Source: an uncultured Candidatus Poseidoniales archaeon (GTDB taxonomy: Archaea > Thermoplasmatota > Poseidoniia > Poseidoniales > Poseidoniaceae). Taken from it: a stretch of 64,000 nucleotides of DNA. Where the stretch lies: positions 22,601-86,600 of the forward strand of contig CAZNXM010000002.1 of NCBI GenBank assembly GCA_964577145.1, written 5' to 3'. The translations under genes and the position numbers were made by a program. The notes below the pieces were generated by a model. The model did no database searches and was not told where the DNA came from. It saw only the letters and a program-made list of their open reading frames with translations. Shown piece by piece: positions 40,055 to 48,440 of this stretch (its first letter is position 1; the number at the start of each line of letters is the position of its first letter).

Positions 40055-40627
40055 ATGAGGTCGCTTGATGAGTCCCGTGAAATCCTGTATGTCATCAGGA
40101 CATTAGATGTCCTGCTGGGTTCAGGAGTGGGACTTGAAGCAGCGATTTTTAGCATTGCTCAAGGCGGATACGGCGTCATTTCGAGTGATTTCAGTAATGT
40201 GATGGACAATATCAACAAGGGACGACCCCTTGAATCCGAATTGCGTTCATTGATTTCTAAGAGTGAAACCGATGGTTATCGCAGAGTAATCAACACCATG
40301 CTAAACAATGTAACTCAGAACACTGACATTATCGAAACCTTGCGACGCCAGGGTGAGAGGATGGAAGAGGATAGAACTACCAAGGTCAAGGATTACATCG
40401 AGGAACTTGGCGGCGTACCAGAAACTCTGCTTTCAATAGGAATGATTGGACCAATCATCCTTTCAATTTTAGGAATCGCCCCGCAATTAATGGAAGGGGC
40501 AGAGGAAATTTTCGGTACAATGGACCAGGGAATGATCATGTCCATAGTGAATGGTGGCTTGATTCTGACATTAGCTGGAATGGCACTGACTGGCCTGAAG
40601 GCTCATACAAAAGACCCAGGATTGTGA
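40055..40627 (+). CDS. type II secretion system F-domain platform protein, half-size (TadB/EpdJ-like)
   Basis: 190 aa. It has a soluble helical N-part followed by TM helices (LLSIGMIGPIILSILGIA, IVNGGLILTLAGMALTGL), the architecture of a single T2SF domain. Confidence 0.55.
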   Translation: MRSLDESREILYVIRTLDVLLGSGVGLEAAIFSIAQGGYGVISSDFSNVMDNINKGRPLESELRSLISKSETDGYRRVINTMLNNVTQNTDIIETLRRQGERMEEDRTTKVKDYIEELGGVPETLLSIGMIGPIILSILGIAPQLMEGAEEIFGTMDQGMIMSIVNGGLILTLAGMALTGLKAHTKDPGL

Positions 40628-40636
40628 GGTGAGATC

Positions 40637-41368
40637 ATGCTATTCAGTATACTTGAAATGTTTAGACATGAACCTTTGATTCTCTTGATGTTCACCGTCG
40701 GTGTAGCGATGGCAATGGGTGGAATACCTCCAATGATTGAAAGAAAGCGCAGGCGTTCTATAGAAAACGACTTGCCTGCAATGCTTGAGGCGTTAAGCGA
40801 TTCAATGGGCGCTGGACTTGGTCTACAACAGGCCATGATGAGCGAAGCAGACCGCAATCAGGGAATACTTGGGAAGTTATTGCATGAAACCCTACGTGAA
40901 AGTCACGCCTCTTCATTTGATTCTGCACTTTCTAACTTTGCAACTAAAACCCGTTCACCACAGGTGCAGAGAGTAATGCATTTGATGTCAACTGCGGTTG
41001 AGCAAGATGCACCACTCCAAAGCATTCTATCATCGCTTTCGATTGATTATGAACGCCTAAATGATTTGATGAACCGCAGAGAAAAGGACCTATTGGGGCG
41101 AGGGATTCTGATAATGATGTTCGTTGCAGTAGGTTTACCTTTGCTAATCGCATTCATCGTTGCTTTATTCGCACCCGCCTCGTCAGGTTTCCAACTTGAT
41201 GATTTCAATAGCTCATTCACCCTATTCTTTGGAATGGGAAGTCTGATTGCCATGGCAGTCAGTGGCCGCATGCTTGGACGTATGCGCGACGCCTTGTGGT
41301 GGGCACCGGTATGGATGGCTGCATCTATGACCCTCTATCACGTTGGTGTCTTGTTTATTGGAGGCTGA
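40637..41368 (+). CDS. type II secretion system F-domain platform protein, half-size (TadC/EpdK-like)
   Basis: 243 aa. It has an N-terminal TM, the helical cytoplasmic domain 'LPAMLEALSDSMGAGLGLQQAM' (T2SF-like 'lp..l..l...l.aG.sl..al') and C-terminal TMs. Confidence 0.6.
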   Translation: MLFSILEMFRHEPLILLMFTVGVAMAMGGIPPMIERKRRRSIENDLPAMLEALSDSMGAGLGLQQAMMSEADRNQGILGKLLHETLRESHASSFDSALSNFATKTRSPQVQRVMHLMSTAVEQDAPLQSILSSLSIDYERLNDLMNRREKDLLGRGILIMMFVAVGLPLLIAFIVALFAPASSGFQLDDFNSSFTLFFGMGSLIAMAVSGRMLGRMRDALWWAPVWMAASMTLYHVGVLFIGG

Positions 41369-41371
41369 AAA

Positions 41372-42610
41372 ATGAGTGAAAATATCTTAGATCAATATGG
41401 TCGAGTGACCATATACACCGAAGCGACACACCCTGCACCGATGTATCACGTCGATGGTGGAGTGGATCCAAATCCGTATGGCAATCTTGCTGTACTGCTT
41501 GAAGACGACAATCTTGAGGAGGTAATGTACAATGGTGGTGCGCAGTGCGTAAAAGTCGCTCACAGAGACCATGGCATGTGCAGAACCAATGTATGGATAG
41601 ATGATGCAGAAGGTATTGGGATTGCTCAAAACATTGCAGCATTTACCTCGGTTCCTTTGGGAGATGGCCCAGGTTTGGTTCCAATTTTCGATGGACGGCT
41701 TCCAGATGGTTCCCGTGTGAATGGAACAATCCCTCCAGTTTCTCCAGACGGTCCAACCTTGACGATTAGGAAATTCCGTGAAGACCCGATGACGATGATT
41801 GACTTAATCAAATTCGGAACCGTAAATATCAGACTTGCAGCAATGATGTGGGTTTGGATTGAAGGACTAGATAGCAGACCTGCAAATTTCGTAATTGCTG
41901 GAGGAACAGGCTCTGGAAAGACCACTACACTCAACTGTCTTGGAATGTATATCCCTTGGCATAAGCGTTTACTCACGGTAGAAGATACTGCTGAATTGCA
42001 GGTTTATCACGACCACTGGTTGCGAATGGAGACCCGCCGTGAGAGGCCAGATGGCACCCCAGAGGTCAGCATGGATGATTGTTTGAAATCCAGTCTCAGA
42101 ATGCGCCCTGACAGAATAATTGTGGGAGAAGTACGTTCTGCAGAAGCAGCAACTCTCCTTACTGCAATGAATACCGGTCACGATGGTTCGTTTGGTTCAC
42201 TCCACGCAAATACCGCAATGGAGACCATTACAAGAATGATCAACCCACCGATGAATGTACCTCCAATTATGCTAACAGGACTGGATTTGATTATCATTCA
42301 AGCCCGACTACACGTCAATGGTAAAACCGCTAGAAAGATTACAGAAGTGGCAGAGATTGCTGGAATGGAAGGAGATAAACCTCGTCTTAATGCAGTATGG
42401 AAGTATAATGCGGCCACAGATAAAATCGAGGAAACCGGAATTCCTTCGAAGTTACGCGAGACTATTTGCAAAGCTGCAGGAATAACTCCTGCACAATTCG
42501 AACAGCACATCAAGCAGCGCGAGCAGATTCTTGCAGATCTACTTCGACGTGACATCCGTGATATCGAGACAGTGACAAAGGTCGTACAAGGATTCTACGC
42601 AAGTCGTTGA
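41372..42610 (+). CDS. type II/IV secretion family ATPase (TadA/CpaF/EpdL-like, VirB11 superfamily)
   Basis: Carries Walker A 'IAGGTGSGKTTTLN', the Asp/Walker B box 'RPDRIIVGEVR' and the His box 'MNTGHDGSFGSLHANT'. At 412 aa it is compact compared with FlaI/PilB-type enzymes. Confidence 0.8.
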   Translation: MSENILDQYGRVTIYTEATHPAPMYHVDGGVDPNPYGNLAVLLEDDNLEEVMYNGGAQCVKVAHRDHGMCRTNVWIDDAEGIGIAQNIAAFTSVPLGDGPGLVPIFDGRLPDGSRVNGTIPPVSPDGPTLTIRKFREDPMTMIDLIKFGTVNIRLAAMMWVWIEGLDSRPANFVIAGGTGSGKTTTLNCLGMYIPWHKRLLTVEDTAELQVYHDHWLRMETRRERPDGTPEVSMDDCLKSSLRMRPDRIIVGEVRSAEAATLLTAMNTGHDGSFGSLHANTAMETITRMINPPMNVPPIMLTGLDLIIIQARLHVNGKTARKITEVAEIAGMEGDKPRLNAVWKYNAATDKIEETGIPSKLRETICKAAGITPAQFEQHIKQREQILADLLRRDIRDIETVTKVVQGFYASR

Positions 42611-42611
42611 A

Positions 42612-44273
42612 TCAACGTGAAATCCTTAGTCTTGCAAGCAGGTCATCGACACCGTCGATGCTACTTCGAGCAGCAGCCACTCTATCAGCAGCATCTGCTA
42701 CGGATTCTGCCAACTCGGCGTCTTCATCTACCTCAATTACCTCTTCTTGGTCTGGTTTGAAGTGATTTGCTAATCTCTTAAGGTCGGCAATAATAGAATC
42801 AACTTCTGTATCTGAAACATGTATTCCTGGGGCGATTCGCGGAACATCTGCAGGGGAGATGTGCCCTAACTCTGCACCAATTACTCCAGCAGCAGCAATT
42901 ACACGAGGCCGTAATTCGGCATTGTTCACCTCGTAGCCCTTCTTTTCGAGGAAACGGATGACCAATGCTTGCTGTGATTCTTGGTAACTTCCCTCAGACT
43001 TTTCGAGGATTGCTTCAACTAATTGTTCGAAACCAGCAATATTTCTTTCGAGGCGATCTAGGGTTCTTCTCGCTGATGGCGGAAGGTGCACGGCTCCATG
43101 TTGCAAAATACGGATGACCCGTGTGCGCCGTGCAGTGCGAGGGTCAGTTGCGGCAATTTCTTCATCGAGTGAAATTTGTAAATCAAATAATGCATGTAAG
43201 CGACCAGAAATACTCGGTAGCCTCATGTCGAGACCAGCAGTTCTTGCCTTCTCCTCGAAAGCCATTCTTGCTTTGACCATATCACCGGCATTGTCAACGA
43301 TAATTTCTGGAAGAGCACTCCTAAGGGATGAACGTGCATCCTCGAAACGTCGCAAAGCTTCCTTTTCTCTCCAAGAGCCGGGGCCAGCGTGCATTGCATC
43401 ACGCTCTTCCTTTGCCAGGCGGTCGAGATTCATCAATCTCTGACGGACGAATGAACGAGATGGAGCATCAACAACCGGAAGGCCATGTTCTACCAAACTT
43501 CCAACGAAGGATGAGACATCATCGGAATCTGAGACATCACCTACAACTAGGAAGTCTCTACAAAGCGAATCAACTTCAGCAACTCGATTTTCAATCTCCA
43601 TAAGGGCTTCAGTCAATTCGGTTGGAGCCTCTTCAATATATTCAACAGGAGTATGTTCAATGATTTCAACTTCATTTGTTTCTTGTTCAACGACTACTTC
43701 TTCGGGAATAGAGATTTCAGTTTCCACGGCGGATTCAATCGCTGGTGCTGGTGTAAACTCCTCCCCTTCATCGCTCGGGAATGGAATTTGGATTGCCTTT
43801 GGAGTGCCCCTGGGTCTACGCAGGCTTTTCTTGATTGAGCCCCACGAACCGCCTTGTGAGGTGAGAACACCTGCAACCCGTAGGAGTAGTGACTGTTTTG
43901 CACCGGAACGGGGCAAATCTAGTTTGACACATAATTCGTGGAGTTCATCCCTTGATGCATTATCGAGTTTCTCGGGCACGAGTTGTTTAGCATCATGGTT
44001 TAGGTGAAGCCAGAGTCTTTGTTTTCTTTCTCTAATCGACCCGGATTTCTTGATTCCAAATACTGCTAGAATGCCACCTAGGTCTGCATTTAGTAGTTTA
44101 GCCAGGCCTTCATCACTAAGGTCCCAGTGGGATAAGACTAGGTCAGCGATTAATCGTGCCCTGAGAACTTCAACAGAACCGGATCTGGATAATCCGTGCT
44201 CGGCGCATATCTCCTTTAAGCGGTCCAAACGAGCCTGATGGAGTTCAGAGAGAAGGGCCTGTGCGTCATTCAT
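42612..44273 (-). CDS. protein with three N-terminal SAP-like helix-extended-helix motifs and a long helical C-terminal region, function unknown
   Basis: The SAP-like units are 'LDRLKEICAEHGLSRSGSVEVLRARLI', 'LGGILAVFGIKKSGSIRERKQRLWLHL' and 'RDELHELCVKLDLPRSGAKQSLLLRVAG'. An acidic linker and a helical domain of about 330 aa follow. Confidence 0.5.
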   Translation of the reverse strand: MNDAQALLSELHQARLDRLKEICAEHGLSRSGSVEVLRARLIADLVLSHWDLSDEGLAKLLNADLGGILAVFGIKKSGSIRERKQRLWLHLNHDAKQLVPEKLDNASRDELHELCVKLDLPRSGAKQSLLLRVAGVLTSQGGSWGSIKKSLRRPRGTPKAIQIPFPSDEGEEFTPAPAIESAVETEISIPEEVVVEQETNEVEIIEHTPVEYIEEAPTELTEALMEIENRVAEVDSLCRDFLVVGDVSDSDDVSSFVGSLVEHGLPVVDAPSRSFVRQRLMNLDRLAKEERDAMHAGPGSWREKEALRRFEDARSSLRSALPEIIVDNAGDMVKARMAFEEKARTAGLDMRLPSISGRLHALFDLQISLDEEIAATDPRTARRTRVIRILQHGAVHLPPSARRTLDRLERNIAGFEQLVEAILEKSEGSYQESQQALVIRFLEKKGYEVNNAELRPRVIAAAGVIGAELGHISPADVPRIAPGIHVSDTEVDSIIADLKRLANHFKPDQEEVIEVDEDAELAESVADAADRVAAARSSIDGVDDLLARLRISR

Positions 44274-44374
44274 TCACTAACCTCAGCATGCGCTTGCGCC
44301 CAACACTGTATTTGAGTATGACCTTGCCAAAGATGCTCTCAAGCCGGGTTATGCGACCCCCTACCAATTTTCCA

Positions 44375-44391
44375 AGGCCCCTACGGGGCCT
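44375..44391. other. GC-rich stem-loop in a divergent 178-bp intergenic region
   Basis: aggcccc-tac-ggggcct is a 7-bp perfect stem with a 3-nt loop. Confidence 0.3.
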
Positions 44392-44451
44392 GAAACATAA
44401 TGCCGACGACACCTTCAAACCGTTAGGGGAATAACAGAACTCGGAGGGGTA

Positions 44452-45090
44452 GTGCTGGGGCGATATGAAAGGGCCGTAAAATCTTCATTCAAGCAGGCCA
44501 ATACCCTCGTTGTAGGCCTTCTAGATGTCGTTCGAGGCGACTTACGCCGTCAAGAAGTTCGCTTGGATGAAGAAATGCGCGAAAGAGTAAACGAAGTACA
44601 TGGAATGCTCGTTGAAGTCGCCGCAATTCAAGATGCGATAATCGCAGGTTCTACTGAAGTAAAGCGTGAACTTGAGAAAGCCCGACGTCGATTATCAAAG
44701 AATGGGGACCGTGACGCCATGCGCTTGAGTATTATCGATGTTGCAACACGACTAGGAGAGTTACGACAATTACATTCTGATGCAGAATCTAGGATACAGA
44801 AGTCCCTTGCACGTCCACCTAATGCAGTAGATATCATTGAAAGAATGACGAAAGATGTACTAAAATTATCGGGTTCATGGGAAGCTGCAGCGAGGGAAAT
44901 TGATGAAGTCGTATCAGATTCGGTTGACCCAAATCCTCCTGTTGAGATGGTTGAAATCAGAAGAGAACTGGATAAGGGCGGGTATGATTTGCTTTTGGCA
45001 GGTGATGATCGTGATGAAGAGAGTATTGAGCGTAGCCGCAATCAGATTAGAGAATTATCTGGAAAGCAATCTCACTCAGATGATGAATGA
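44452..45090 (+). CDS. coiled-coil protein with a basic N-half and acidic C-terminus, possibly ESCRT-III/PspA-superfamily-like
   Basis: GTG start preceded by ggagggg. The protein is predicted all-helical. 'ELEKARRRLSKNGDRDAMRLSIIDVATRLGEL' resembles the Snf7/Vps2-type 'A...lk.Gnk..A...l' segment, and the tail is acidic ('DDRDEESIE...SHSDDE'). Confidence 0.3.
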   Translation: MLGRYERAVKSSFKQANTLVVGLLDVVRGDLRRQEVRLDEEMRERVNEVHGMLVEVAAIQDAIIAGSTEVKRELEKARRRLSKNGDRDAMRLSIIDVATRLGELRQLHSDAESRIQKSLARPPNAVDIIERMTKDVLKLSGSWEAAAREIDEVVSDSVDPNPPVEMVEIRRELDKGGYDLLLAGDDRDEESIERSRNQIRELSGKQSHSDDE

Positions 45091-46191
45091 TCAAAGATCC
45101 ATCATCGGCTCGCCGATTTTATCAGGGTCCATTGCACCATGACCGACCATTTTGTCGACATATGCATCCATTAACTCCTTGATTCTACCACGAGTTTCCT
45201 CTTGGGGTGTATCGGTCATGACCGATAGCAATGAATTCCAATCATTTAGTAGGTTGAGAATGGCACTATGACTTTCCTCTGGAGGGAATACCTTCTCTAC
45301 ACTTGCAGTAACAGTACCTTCAGGATTCAGAGTTTCCATCACGATATCAATTCGAATATTGCCGTGCCTTACCACTCCTTTATCGGTGACAATTCCTTTG
45401 AGTGAAAGGTCTTCACCTGCTTTCCGTGCTTCCTTTAGCACAGTAGCGACTTTGCGCTGCTCAACCATTAGACCTAACCTTTCATGCATTTCAGTATCAA
45501 TATGGTCGAGAATCATCATTTCTAGTCGAAGAGCAAGCGCTGCTCCAGAATCGATAATCTGATTGAATTTCTTCGCTGGGAAATCAGGCCTTGTCAGGAA
45601 GATAGTAAATCCTTCAAGGGGTTGAGGGACAAATCGGAAACGTTCAGGATTGTCTCGCTGTATTCCGAGGGTATGACGTCGTGCGCGAAATGGTAGAGTA
45701 GAATGGACCGAGCGCTTGACCACATAGCCATCAATCTCATCATCAAGACGCTTATCTTCAAGCCAGATTGCTCTTTCAATATCCTCAGAAGGAGCACCTT
45801 CCATATCGGAAACTAAGATGAGTTCCAAATCAGGACGTGATCTTAACATCTGACGCCGAAGTAATTCACTGTCAACGACGATGATTCCCTTTTTTGGGAT
45901 ATACTCAGGCTTATCCTCACAGATTAGAACCTTAGTTGGCTCACGACGAGCAAGAACAATGTCTGCTCTTAGGTCGCGATTGTGATTATCATGCCACCAA
46001 TGGCCCGAAACAGCAATCATGTCACACTTGCCATCATCGAGAAGCTTGACGGCAGTCTCGTAATGTGGGACTACCTTTGCAATGAGATTTAGGCCGGTAT
46101 TGGGATTCTCAACTAACTTCATCGTTTGAGTGTGAGCGCCAGAACCATCCTCTGGGCAAACGAGAATCTCAAATCGGTCCTCCTCGTCCAT
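45091..46191 (-). CDS. hydroxymethylbilane synthase (HemC)-like fold protein, strongly diverged
   Basis: The ORF-track start at 46338 overlaps the divergent idsA start, so I use the ATG at 46191 (MDEEDRFEILV). 'CDMIAVSGHWWHD' parallels iDiAVHSlKD, 'LARREPTKVLI' parallels i.REDprDvlv, 'VVDSELLRRQMLRSRPDLELI' parallels vGTSSlRRqaQL...rPDL, and 'VPQPLEGFTIFLTR' parallels lPavGQGalaie.r. Confidence 0.35.
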   Translation of the reverse strand: MDEEDRFEILVCPEDGSGAHTQTMKLVENPNTGLNLIAKVVPHYETAVKLLDDGKCDMIAVSGHWWHDNHNRDLRADIVLARREPTKVLICEDKPEYIPKKGIIVVDSELLRRQMLRSRPDLELILVSDMEGAPSEDIERAIWLEDKRLDDEIDGYVVKRSVHSTLPFRARRHTLGIQRDNPERFRFVPQPLEGFTIFLTRPDFPAKKFNQIIDSGAALALRLEMMILDHIDTEMHERLGLMVEQRKVATVLKEARKAGEDLSLKGIVTDKGVVRHGNIRIDIVMETLNPEGTVTASVEKVFPPEESHSAILNLLNDWNSLLSVMTDTPQEETRGRIKELMDAYVDKMVGHGAMDPDKIGEPMMDL

Positions 46192-46206
46192 CGCTCTCAC
46201 CTCGGC

Positions 46207-46219
46207 GGGCCATAGGCCC
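46207..46219. other. short GC stem-loop in the divergent promoter region between the HemC-like gene and idsA
   Basis: gggcc-ata-ggccc is a 5-bp stem. The palindrome ggggcccc lies at 46228-46235. Confidence 0.25.
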
Positions 46220-46273
46220 ACAGACGAGGGGCCCCCGCCACCCGTTAAGAAGGACACCCCTGTAGGAGGCTCG

Positions 46274-47248
46274 ATGGACGAAGGTGAAGCATCGGAACGT
46301 CTCGATGCTATGCGTATGTCCATAGATGCTGAACTCAAAACTCTAATCGAGGAGCAGTCGGCTATTCATGGCGAGGTCGCTAGAAGAGCTGGCGAGATAC
46401 TTCTCGCTGGAGGAAAGCGTTTGCGACCATTGATGGGACTCCTAATTTTCAAATTAACAGGAGGAGTCGACATCGAAGAAGTATTACCTCTCGCAATTGC
46501 ATTTGAGATGGTTCATACTGCGACTTTGGTTCATGATGACATTAATGATGAGGCAGCAACGCGAAGAGGTAAACCAACCATTCACCAGCAAGTAGGCACT
46601 GCAAAAGGAATCATTGCTGGCGACTGGTTATTTGTTCAAGGCTTTGGACTTGGAGGGCGATATGGAGGCAAGCTGGTTGACATAATGAATGATTGTTGTG
46701 CGAGAATAGCAAGCGCAGAATACAGCCAACTAGATCATGTTCTTGATTTGTCAACCTCACCTGAAGATTATCTTGATATTGTCAAAGGAAAAACCGCAGG
46801 GCCATTTGCTGCGGCGTGCGAGGGCGCAGCATTGATTGCAGGGTCAACTGATGAACAAGCAACAACTCTTGCTAGGTTCGGAATGGAACTTGGCATAGCA
46901 TTCCAATTGGTCGACGACATTCTTGACATCATAGGGGATACGAGGATGGGGAAGCCACGTGGAGCCGATGTACATGAAGGAAAGATGACCTTGCCATTGA
47001 TTCATGCATTGACTCTACTTCATGGCAATGAAAGACGCCGCTTAGGTGAGATTATTTCAGATTTTGATGATTCGTTATTCGATGAACTAATACATCTTCT
47101 CAATCGTGCAGATAGCATATCCTATACTGAAATACTTGTCAACAATCACCTCGAGCGTGCTGCAAATATTCTCGAAAAATTTCCAAAGTCCGAATCAAAG
47201 GAACTGCTTAGATATTTGTTGAATACTGTCGCTAACCGACATTCATGA
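46274..47248 (+). CDS. idsA: trans-polyprenyl (geranylgeranyl) diphosphate synthase
   Basis: Carries the FARM 'LVHDDINDEAATRRG' and the SARM 'FQLVDDILDIIGD'. A GGAGG lies 5 nt upstream of the ATG. Confidence 0.85.
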   Translation: MDEGEASERLDAMRMSIDAELKTLIEEQSAIHGEVARRAGEILLAGGKRLRPLMGLLIFKLTGGVDIEEVLPLAIAFEMVHTATLVHDDINDEAATRRGKPTIHQQVGTAKGIIAGDWLFVQGFGLGGRYGGKLVDIMNDCCARIASAEYSQLDHVLDLSTSPEDYLDIVKGKTAGPFAAACEGAALIAGSTDEQATTLARFGMELGIAFQLVDDILDIIGDTRMGKPRGADVHEGKMTLPLIHALTLLHGNERRRLGEIISDFDDSLFDELIHLLNRADSISYTEILVNNHLERAANILEKFPKSESKELLRYLLNTVANRHS

Positions 47249-47257
47249 GGTGTAAGA

Positions 47258-48394
47258 ATGGCCAAAGAGGTCGAACATCGACAAGTCATCATCGTAGGGG
47301 CGGGTCCTGGCGGTAGTTCGGCTGCAAAGCGTTTGGCTGAGAATGGACTTGATTGCTTGGTATTAGAGCGCAGAGAAATCATCGGAAACCCCGCTCAATG
47401 TGGCGAATGTATTCCAAATTGGGGTGAAGTTGTTTCAACATTCGATGGCTTGGAGGATGACGAATGGCTCAAGGAATTATTCGATTTTCCCGACCACCTA
47501 AGACTCCATAGATTGGATAAAATGCGAGTATTCCTTCCATCGGGGAAGCATTACTCATTCGATCTCGATGCTTTTGGATGCCACCGCCTCCAATTCGATG
47601 GACATCTCGCTGACCTCGCTCAAGATGCTGGGGCTGAGATTAGGATGTCACAAGCCTTGAAGAATATAGTCTCAAAGAAAGATGGGAGTTCACTTCTGGT
47701 AACTGATAAGGGTAGATACAGCGCTGATTACATCATTGATGCCACAGGTTCTCTCGCTCATGTAATGCGCTTGAAGAACAAGGATTCAAAACGCTATAGA
47801 CCAAGGGAACAAGTCCCTACCTTATATGCTCAAGTCCAAGGGCCTATCCCTGATACATTCGATGTGTTCATGGGCAGTGTAGCTCCAAATGGATATGGAT
47901 GGATTATTCCAAAGGGCAAGGTGGCAAATGTAGGTCTTGGAGTTAGGGCAGGGAGTCTCAAAGGTGATCTCAAACCTCATTTACAACGAATGTGCGATGA
48001 ATTAGGATTCGAAATATTATCCTGGGGTGGAGGTTGGATTCCTATGTCTGGTCCTGTGGATTGCATGGTCGATGACAATGTCCTAGCCATCGGTGATGCT
48101 GCTGGTTTGGTTATGCCTTCAAATGGAGGAGGGATTAGTCAAGCAATGGTTTCAGGAAAATTTGCTGCGGATGCTATTATTGCAAATTGTGACACTGGTC
48201 GCCCATTAAGTGAATATGAAGATAGGGTAAGGTCATGTTTTTCCCGTGCATTGAAGAATTCCATACGGGCTAAGAAGTTAGCATACATATTTTTCCGATG
48301 GGATTGGTTAACCGAGGTCTTGATGCGTATCATCGGCCCATTCGGAGGAATTCGTCGAGCGATGAATTGTGAGCGCACATTGTGGTTGTTCTAG
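47258..48394 (+). CDS. geranylgeranyl reductase family flavoprotein (archaeal lipid saturation type)
   Basis: Carries the FAD-binding 'VIIVGAGPGGSSAAKRLAENG' and 'LAIGDAAGLVMPSNGGGI'. It sits adjacent to idsA. Confidence 0.8.
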   Translation: MAKEVEHRQVIIVGAGPGGSSAAKRLAENGLDCLVLERREIIGNPAQCGECIPNWGEVVSTFDGLEDDEWLKELFDFPDHLRLHRLDKMRVFLPSGKHYSFDLDAFGCHRLQFDGHLADLAQDAGAEIRMSQALKNIVSKKDGSSLLVTDKGRYSADYIIDATGSLAHVMRLKNKDSKRYRPREQVPTLYAQVQGPIPDTFDVFMGSVAPNGYGWIIPKGKVANVGLGVRAGSLKGDLKPHLQRMCDELGFEILSWGGGWIPMSGPVDCMVDDNVLAIGDAAGLVMPSNGGGISQAMVSGKFAADAIIANCDTGRPLSEYEDRVRSCFSRALKNSIRAKKLAYIFFRWDWLTEVLMRIIGPFGGIRRAMNCERTLWLF

Positions 48395-48440
48395 TCAGAA
48401 TAAGCGGTTGGTTCAAGTGGACTCGGTGCGAGGGCTGTAT

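Noticed and set aside
44288-44434. A 48-aa ORF (MRLRPTLYLSMTLPKMLSSRVMRPPTNFPRPLRGLKHNADDTFKPLGE) fills most of the 178-bp divergent spacer between the SAP protein and the coiled-coil gene.
   Set aside because: It has no Shine-Dalgarno motif and a Pro/Arg-rich composition atypical of this genome's proteins. It also spans the GC hairpin and the SD of the downstream gene, so it is most likely a chance ORF in a promoter region. It would need ribosome profiling or conservation evidence.
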